This document shows, piece after piece, positions 57,304-64,000 of a stretch of DNA of 64,000 nt. The stretch comes from Rubripirellula sp. (lineage in GTDB: Bacteria > Planctomycetota > Planctomycetia > Pirellulales > Pirellulaceae). A model generated the notes under the pieces. That model made no database searches. It was given only the letters and a program-made list of their open reading frames with translations, and was not told the DNA's origin. The translations under genes were made by a program, and so were the position numbers. Within the stretch, counting starts at the first letter, position 1, and the number at the start of each line of letters is the position of its first letter. The stretch is from positions 7,904,001-7,968,000 of the forward strand of contig OZ244207.1 in assembly GCA_965216875.1 (NCBI GenBank), in the 5' to 3' direction.

Positions 57304-57610
57304 AGTTCCGTCTTCAGTCGGAAGCGATCGAAGATTCCGGCTGAAGCTCGGTGCTGCGAATTGGCGTATTCCCACGCTCTGGCGAGCGTCGCTACGAAGA
57401 GTGGTACTGCCCGACACTAACGCGTTCGGCTCACCGTTCGTAGCTACCTTCGCCAGAAGGTGGTTCCCATTGTCAGGCCGGCATCCACAATCACCACGCT
57501 CTGGCGAGCGTCGTTAGGAAGAGGGGTAACGCCCGACGCTAGTGCGTTCGGCTCACCGTTTGTAGTCCCGCCTTTAGGCGGAATTTCCCGCGGGTTCACA
57601 CTCGGCTCAT
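57304..57610. repeat. Mosaic cluster of REP-like palindromes with an internal ~72-bp duplication
   Basis: CCACGCTCTGGCGAGCGTCG..GCCCGAC.CTA..GCGTTCGGCTCACCGTT.GTAG at ~57372 and ~57494; GTAGCTACCTTCGCCAGAAGGTGG; GTAGTCCCGCCTTTAGGCGGAA. Confidence 0.87.
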
Positions 57611-60600
57611 GCCTCGCTCGTTACCGAGGCCTCGCTGGGGACGATGAGTTCGTCGGTTGTTTCGGCTAGCGAAACGATCGACGGGTTGTCGACGAATCGG
57701 TTGATCGGGATCGAGATATCGAGTTTGGCTTCGATCGTGTTCTTCAGTTCGAATGCCATGAGCGAATCGAGGCCCAGTGCGGCAAGGGGCGCTTGCGGGT
57801 CGATCGCTTCCGCACCTGTCGACATGATCGACGCGAGTTGACCGATGAAGTAGTCGGTGATCCGTTGGCGACGTTGGTCACTCTCGAGTCGTTTGATTTC
57901 CGAAAGGAACGGGGTGTCGATGGACGTTGAACCGCCAACGGCGGAATCGGCGTCGCTTTTTTGCGAACGCAGAATGGACGGGATTGAAGTTTCCTTCGTG
58001 CCGCCGAGCATGACACCAAACTTGGCATCAACTGCGACAAAGGACTCGCGGTTTTCGACGGCCCCGTCGATGAGAAGGTCAAGTGCGGCGTCAAATTTCA
58101 ACGGTGTTAGCCCGCGCGACGCCAGATTCTTGAGTCGAGCTGGGTCGTCGGCCATGCCGCCAATGTCAACCGAAGCATTGGATCCCCACGGTCCCCAATG
58201 AACGATCGAGGCGGGCTTTCCCTTGGCGCGGCGACGTTTGACAAAGCCTTGCAAGAACGCGTTTGCAGCTGCGTAGTTGGCTTGCCCAGGAGAGCCAAAG
58301 ACCGAAGCGACCGAGCCAAGCACAGTGAAACTTGAAATCGGTTGATGCTTGGTTACCTTTTCGAGTGCGATCACACCGTCGACTTTCGGTGCAAGGACTC
58401 GTTGCAGCGAGTCGGCATCGAGGTCGTGGACCATCCGATCATCAAGCAGTCCGGCGGCATGCACCACGCCAACGACCTTGCCGAATTGGGAGACCGCTTG
58501 ATCAACGGCCTCGTTCATCGAAGCCTCATCCGAGCAGTCCGCTTGTAGGTACGCGATTGATCCGTTTTGTGTCTTCGCCCAATCTTGCAGTGATTGGACT
58601 GCGTCGTTTACTGGCCGGCGGGCGACCAGAGCAACCGCAGTCGCACCTCGCTGGATAAGTCGTTTGGCAAGACCCAGGGCGATCGATCCGCTACCGCCGG
58701 TGATCAGATAGGCACCCTCACGTGCAACACGTTCTGGTTCTGGAGTGGTCGGCGTCAAAACGATTTTACCGATGTTCCGCCGACCAGCCATGAATCGCAT
58801 CGCCTCTGCAAGTTCGCTTAGACGAAACGACGTCAGCGGCGTCGATTGGTAGGTGCCGTCCTGGAACAGCTCAGTGACTTCTCGGAAGAGCTCACGCACC
58901 TCGGCTTCGCGAAAACGGAACATGCGATCGAGGTCGATCGCCGAGTACGAGAGGTTGTCTTGGAATGGAAGGAGCCCGATGGCGCGGTTTTGGTAGATGT
59001 CGGTCTTGCCGATTTCCAAGAACCGCCCGTGTGCGGCCAGCAGTCCCAGAGATGCATCAATCCATTCACCGGGCATGGAGTTAAGGACAACGTCGACTCC
59101 CGTTCCACCCGTGCGCTGACGAATCTGTTGAATCGAATCAAGGTCGCGGCTCGAATAGATGTTCTCGGCTGGCACGCCCATTTGCTGGAGCAGACGACGT
59201 TTGGCAGGGCTGCCGGCTGTTGTAAAGACTTCGGCGCCGATGGAATGGGCGATTTGAATCGCTGCCAAGCCGACGCCGCCCGCGCCGGCGTGAATGAGAA
59301 CTTTCTCACCCGATTGCAAACGTGCGATTTTTCGCAAGGCATGATGCGCCGTCAGAAAGACGATCGGAATGGAGGCCGCCTCTTGATCGCTCAGCGATTC
59401 GGGGACGGGGACTACCAGGTAGTCCTTGGTCACCGCGTGCGATGCGAATCCATAAGGCACGACCCCCATCACGCGTTTGCCAACGAGACTTGAGTCGACG
59501 TTTTCGCCGACGCTTGTCACACGTCCGCAGATCTCAATGCCCATCGGCACGACTTCGTCTTCGATGCCAGGGTAGAGTCCCATCGCTTTGAGCACATCGC
59601 TGAAGTTCAGTCCGATCGCCGAAACTTCGAGCAGCAGTTCACCCGAGGCAGGCTTAGGCAAAGCGATCCGCTCAGTCCACAGTCCTTCCATCCGGTCGGT
59701 GCCATCAAGACGGACGCGATAGCTTCCATGGGACGGGACGGACAACGAAGCGTCGCTTTCGTCTGCAATCAACCGTGGTGCGAAGAAGCGGCTGCGGCGC
59801 AGGGCCAGTTGAGATTCATTGCCGCTCCGTCCAAGCCAATTTGCGATCGCGCTGGCCGAGTCCTCGTCAATGGAATCAACGTCAAGGCACCGAACCTCTA
59901 GTTGTGGGTGCTCATTGGCCACGACCCTTGCCATCGCATCGAGGGCGGTCGCGACCGGATCGGACGGTTCGCCGATGCCGATCGAGTGCGCCTGTTTGGT
60001 GACAATGGATAACATCGGCGCACGATTCGCGTTGAGTGCCGATTTTACCGTTGCCAACAATTGACTTGTTGCTTTGGTGGTCGCTTGGCTTTCGTCGTCC
60101 TCATGCGCCGTCCAGGTCCAAACCCAATGCTCGCGCGTCTCCGATGCGTCGAAGGGAGGCGCGACGATGGATTCAAGTTCTTCGTTACCCAGAAAGACAA
60201 TCGGATGCGAGGACTCGATCTGAAAGCCAAGTTCCGACTCGTCGGCGGATTCAACGTCAAGCGAGGGTTCCCACCGTGTGTGGTAGATCCAATTCTCAGG
60301 ATTGGCAACGGTGGTCGAGTTCGATTTTGAAAGAGCTTTCAACTGAACCGACGAAAGCGATGCGACGCATTCGTCGTTTACCGCGAGCAAGTCGATGTCA
60401 GCGGTGATCAAGTTGGCCGACGCTTGCGTGCAATGCACGATCGCCTTCGCAATCGGAGCAAGCTCACCCAATCGAATCTTACCGATCGTCGATGGCAGGT
60501 AGGTGGTTGACTTGAGCGTGTCGGGAACGACCGCGGCGATCGTCTGCAACGCCCCATCAATCAGCGTGGGATGCAATTGCGATGCCGCGTTGTCCAGGTT

Positions 60601-63600
60601 GGGCGAAAGCTGCAACTTCGCGATGGCATGACGACCGTCTGATTCGATCGCGGTAATCACTTGGAAGTCGGGGCCGTATTCGAGCCCAACGGCTGACATC
60701 GCTTCATAAAGTGAATCGACATCGACCGCCGATACGTTGTCCGCCGGTTCGCAAAGTGAACGATGAGTCGAGGCGAGATGGGACGCTCGTACTGCAACTG
60801 CGGTAGCGCACGATTGCCACTCCGCCGATTCGACATCGGTCAAAGCACTGATTTGGATTCGGCTGCGACCGCCGCGGATTGGCGAAACATCGATCTGCAC
60901 CTCGACCGGTTGGCCTTGCTCAAGGAAGAGAGCACGTTCAATGTCGAGGTCGCAGATTTCAAACGACGCTTCTTCAAAGACGTCGGCTGCGGCGGCGCGA
61001 ATGGCCTCGATCCAGGCGGCTGCCGGAACAGTAACGGCGCCACTGACGACATGGTCGGAAAGATAATACGGTTCTTCGCTTCTCAGCGCATTGCGGAACA
61101 GGGTGTGCCCGGACGCAAGCTGTTGTCGAACACCGAGTAGCGGATGAACCACTGCGCCGCCCGCTTCGTGGTTTCCCGCTTTGGGCGGTTCGTACCAACA
61201 CCGCTGGTGCTGAAACGGATAGTTGGGAAGCGAGCATGCGCCGCGCGGAACTTCGCGCGAATTCAGCTTGGCCTTGGCGCCGACCGACCAAGCTTCGGCG
61301 AGCGTTTGGGACCAACACAAAAGGTCGGGGCGTTTGCCGTCGATGACCGCCGTTGTCTTCAGTTCGTTCGTCGTGCGCTGCGAGGTGGATGCGGCGAGTG
61401 TTCGTCGCACCATCCCACAGAGTTGCGATTTGGGACCGACTTCGATTGCCAGGTCGACGTCCAACTCGGCCAATGTTTCGATCGCATCGGAAAATCGCAC
61501 GGGACTCAGCAGATGCTTGATCCAGTAATCGACGTCGATCTTGGTTTCGCGAACGCCTGTCAGCGTCGAAATGAATGTGGCGGTGCCCGGAATCGTTTTG
61601 GGCTTCAGGAACGCGGAAAGCTCCTCACGCAGCGGCTCGGCCGCGTCGAGCATCAATGGCGAATGGAAGGCATGGGAGACGGCGAGCCGACGAGTCGCCA
61701 CATTTTGGTCGTTGGCGTGCTCGATCATGGCTTCGACTTCGTCGCATGTTCCAGCGATCACCGTGTTGCCGTGCCCGTTCATCGCGGCAATCACGACGGA
61801 AGAACCCGTTGCTTCGATCCAGCGCGAGACAACGTCGTCGGTTGTCAAAATGGCCGCCATTGCACCGGCGGCTTTTGAATCTTCCACTGACGTCAGCTGC
61901 CCCATCAGCCGACCGCGAATGGTTGCGATCCGGAGTGCTTCTTTGCGGTCGAGCACACCGATCGCGTAGAGTCCTGCGATCTCGCCGATGCTGTGCCCAA
62001 CGACAACATTGGGTTTCACGCCGTGAGCTCGCAACGCGTCAACCATCGCACACTCAATGGCACAGATCGCTGGTTGCGCGTACGACGTGTGATCGAGATT
62101 GCGAACGGACTTGCCCGCGATGATTTCGGAAAGTGGTTCGTCGATCCAGTTGTTGATCAGCGTTTCGCATTTGCCCAAGGCTTCGCGAAACTCCGGAACG
62201 TCGCTTGCCAGCTGCGATGCCATCGAAATGGCCTGTGAACCTTGGCCGGTGAACATCATCGCAATCCGAGGCCGACGGCTGGTGCTCTTTTGACCATCGA
62301 TCACATCGGTCTCGGAATCGGCCGCAAATCGTCGCAACGAATGTGCGATTTCATCGCTCGTTTTGCCGATGGCGACCGCACGGAAGGGAAGCCCAGCGCG
62401 ATGGCTGGTGGCAGCAGCGCAGAGATCGGCTAGGGCGCGTTGGTCGCGGCCGGACACGGTATCGGCATATGCGGCTGCAAGCTTCTTGATTGCCGTCGAA
62501 TCTCGAGCTGACAGTGGCAGCGAATAAAGGTTTTGATCTGATTCGTGCCCTTCGGTTTCAGCCGTTGTTGCGATGGGCTGTTGAACAATGACGTGAGCAT
62601 TCGTTCCGCTGAATCCGAATGAACTGATGCCGGCAATGCGGAGGTCGCGTCCATTGGGTTTCCAATCTTGCGACGTCCGCGCGACCTCGATGACACCGGC
62701 GGGGATTCGAATATTGGGATTGAGCGTGGCGAAGTTGGGTTGAGCAGGGATCGTTTGATGCCGAAGCATTTCAACGAGTTTGATGAAACCGGCGATTCCA
62801 GAGGCGGTTTCGGTGTGCCCGACATTTGCCTTGACACTTCCAACGCGGATGGGATCGTGATTGGCTGTGCGACTTGAAAAGACTTCACCGAGGGCCATCA
62901 TCTCGATTGGGTCACCGAGAGGTGTGCCCGTTCCGTGGGCCTCGACATAGCCGATGTCGTCGACACTGATGCCCGCGGCGTCGATGGCTTGACGCACCAC
63001 CGCGACTTGAGATTGTGAGTTGGGTGCAGTGATGCCGCTCGTGCGACCGTCTTGATTGACGGCACTTCCGAGGACGATCGCTTGTATGTTGTTTTTTTGT
63101 CGAGTTGCATCGGCGGTACGCTGCAACAAGACGACGCCGCAACCTTCGCCTCGCACATAGCCGTTAGCGTCGCGGTCAAACGGGCGGCAACGTCCATCGG
63201 GGCTAAGCATCTTCGCTTTGGAAAAGGCGATGGACGTCTCAGGCGAAACAATGGCGTTGACACCGCCAACGACGGCAAAGTCACATTCGCCACGTTCAAG
63301 TGACACGACTGCCGAATGCATCGCAACCAGCGAAGACGAACAGGCGGTGTCGAGGACCATGGTGGGACCGCGAAAGTCGAACAGGTAACTGATGCGACCC
63401 GCAGCAATGCTGAGCGCGTTGCCCGTTCCCGTGTGGGCATCGACGTGTTCGAAGTAGTTGGGGTAGCGCGCCGGGACTTTCGAATAGTCGGTCGTGCCAA
63501 CGCCAATGAAGACCCCTGTCTTGCTTCCGGCGAGCGTGTCGATGGGGATCCCTGCGTTTTCGAACGCTTCCCAGGTGACTTCCAATAACAAACGTTGCTG

Positions 63601-63999
63601 GGGATCCATGCGGGCCGCTTCCCGAGGCGTGATCCCAAAAAAGGCCGGGTCGAACTGATCGACATCAGGTACGGCGCAGATCGTGTCGACCGCCATCTTT
63701 CCTGGGGTTCGACCCGAGCGATCAAAGTAACGTTCGCGATCCCAACGTCCCTCGGGCACACGTGCCGAGACCTCGCGCCGTTGGCAAATCAATTCCCAAA
63801 ACTCATCGGGCGATTTCGCATCGCCAAACCGACACCCCGTTCCCACCACCGCAACTCGATCGGAGCCTGACTTTGACTCGTCGCGTGACGCGGTGGAATC
63901 TGGGGATGCCGAGCCAGTTGGTGAGGTCGGCGCGTCATCCGGTTGAGGACGACCTCGATCAGCCAACCGTTTCTTTAGAAGCTCGCGTTGAGCCGGCGA
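57607..63999 (-). CDS. Type I polyketide synthase, fully reducing module KS-AT-DH-ER-KR-ACP (5' end probably outside window)
   Basis: DTACSSS, HGTGT, GHTE (KS); GHSIG and HAFHS (AT); HVVSGAVTVP and HPTLIDG (DH); LIHAGAGGVG (ER); GGSGSIA, HAAGLLDD, YAAAN (KR); GLDSL (ACP). Frame is open from 63966 to the window edge. Confidence 0.95.
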   Translation of the reverse strand, partial: SPAQRELLKKRLADRGRPQPDDAPTSPTGSASPDSTASRDESKSGSDRVAVVGTGCRFGDAKSPDEFWELICQRREVSARVPEGRWDRERYFDRSGRTPGKMAVDTICAVPDVDQFDPAFFGITPREAARMDPQQRLLLEVTWEAFENAGIPIDTLAGSKTGVFIGVGTTDYSKVPARYPNYFEHVDAHTGTGNALSIAAGRISYLFDFRGPTMVLDTACSSSLVAMHSAVVSLERGECDFAVVGGVNAIVSPETSIAFSKAKMLSPDGRCRPFDRDANGYVRGEGCGVVLLQRTADATRQKNNIQAIVLGSAVNQDGRTSGITAPNSQSQVAVVRQAIDAAGISVDDIGYVEAHGTGTPLGDPIEMMALGEVFSSRTANHDPIRVGSVKANVGHTETASGIAGFIKLVEMLRHQTIPAQPNFATLNPNIRIPAGVIEVARTSQDWKPNGRDLRIAGISSFGFSGTNAHVIVQQPIATTAETEGHESDQNLYSLPLSARDSTAIKKLAAAYADTVSGRDQRALADLCAAATSHRAGLPFRAVAIGKTSDEIAHSLRRFAADSETDVIDGQKSTSRRPRIAMMFTGQGSQAISMASQLASDVPEFREALGKCETLINNWIDEPLSEIIAGKSVRNLDHTSYAQPAICAIECAMVDALRAHGVKPNVVVGHSIGEIAGLYAIGVLDRKEALRIATIRGRLMGQLTSVEDSKAAGAMAAILTTDDVVSRWIEATGSSVVIAAMNGHGNTVIAGTCDEVEAMIEHANDQNVATRRLAVSHAFHSPLMLDAAEPLREELSAFLKPKTIPGTATFISTLTGVRETKIDVDYWIKHLLSPVRFSDAIETLAELDVDLAIEVGPKSQLCGMVRRTLAASTSQRTTNELKTTAVIDGKRPDLLCWSQTLAEAWSVGAKAKLNSREVPRGACSLPNYPFQHQRCWYEPPKAGNHEAGGAVVHPLLGVRQQLASGHTLFRNALRSEEPYYLSDHVVSGAVTVPAAAWIEAIRAAAADVFEEASFEICDLDIERALFLEQGQPVEVQIDVSPIRGGRSRIQISALTDVESAEWQSCATAVAVRASHLASTHRSLCEPADNVSAVDVDSLYEAMSAVGLEYGPDFQVITAIESDGRHAIAKLQLSPNLDNAASQLHPTLIDGALQTIAAVVPDTLKSTTYLPSTIGKIRLGELAPIAKAIVHCTQASANLITADIDLLAVNDECVASLSSVQLKALSKSNSTTVANPENWIYHTRWEPSLDVESADESELGFQIESSHPIVFLGNEELESIVAPPFDASETREHWVWTWTAHEDDESQATTKATSQLLATVKSALNANRAPMLSIVTKQAHSIGIGEPSDPVATALDAMARVVANEHPQLEVRCLDVDSIDEDSASAIANWLGRSGNESQLALRRSRFFAPRLIADESDASLSVPSHGSYRVRLDGTDRMEGLWTERIALPKPASGELLLEVSAIGLNFSDVLKAMGLYPGIEDEVVPMGIEICGRVTSVGENVDSSLVGKRVMGVVPYGFASHAVTKDYLVVPVPESLSDQEAASIPIVFLTAHHALRKIARLQSGEKVLIHAGAGGVGLAAIQIAHSIGAEVFTTAGSPAKRRLLQQMGVPAENIYSSRDLDSIQQIRQRTGGTGVDVVLNSMPGEWIDASLGLLAAHGRFLEIGKTDIYQNRAIGLLPFQDNLSYSAIDLDRMFRFREAEVRELFREVTELFQDGTYQSTPLTSFRLSELAEAMRFMAGRRNIGKIVLTPTTPEPERVAREGAYLITGGSGSIALGLAKRLIQRGATAVALVARRPVNDAVQSLQDWAKTQNGSIAYLQADCSDEASMNEAVDQAVSQFGKVVGVVHAAGLLDDRMVHDLDADSLQRVLAPKVDGVIALEKVTKHQPISSFTVLGSVASVFGSPGQANYAAANAFLQGFVKRRRAKGKPASIVHWGPWGSNASVDIGGMADDPARLKNLASRGLTPLKFDAALDLLIDGAVENRESFVAVDAKFGVMLGGTKETSIPSILRSQKSDADSAVGGSTSIDTPFLSEIKRLESDQRRQRITDYFIGQLASIMSTGAEAIDPQAPLAALGLDSLMAFELKNTIEAKLDISIPINRFVDNPSIVSLAETTDELIVPSEASVTSEA

Positions 64000-64000
64000 C

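Overview
GC-rich chromosomal window, most likely from a Pirellulaceae-type planctomycete. This is inferred from the LExR-xLL N-terminal motifs, DUF4347 giant proteins, a CsrA-receiver fusion and Cys-rich lipoproteins. No rRNA, tRNA, CRISPR array or transposase is visible. Housekeeping and transport genes include MATE, rhomboid, IscA/HesB, speA, MMPL, transaldolase, cdd, pyrimidine-nucleoside phosphorylase, HtrA, a sugar ABC transporter and an MlaF-MlaE fusion. They surround a ~24 kb locus (18041-41872) with three parts: (1) a ~4720-aa adhesin-like protein with 15 x 137-aa repeats and a hydrophobic C-terminal tail; (2) a co-oriented PAS-GGDEF-HD-GYP gene; (3) a divergent operon of TolC, two membrane-fusion proteins and a PqqD-like/M50 peptidase/HlyD fusion, with no ABC, RND or SecA motor. 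This locus is the best candidate for an uncharacterised export/processing system. Also notable are mosaic clusters of REP-like palindromes, a second DUF4347 multi-lectin sugar dehydrogenase, a probable divergent MCE lipid transporter, and a fully reducing type I PKS that runs off the right edge. All domain calls come from motifs read by eye, not from database searches.
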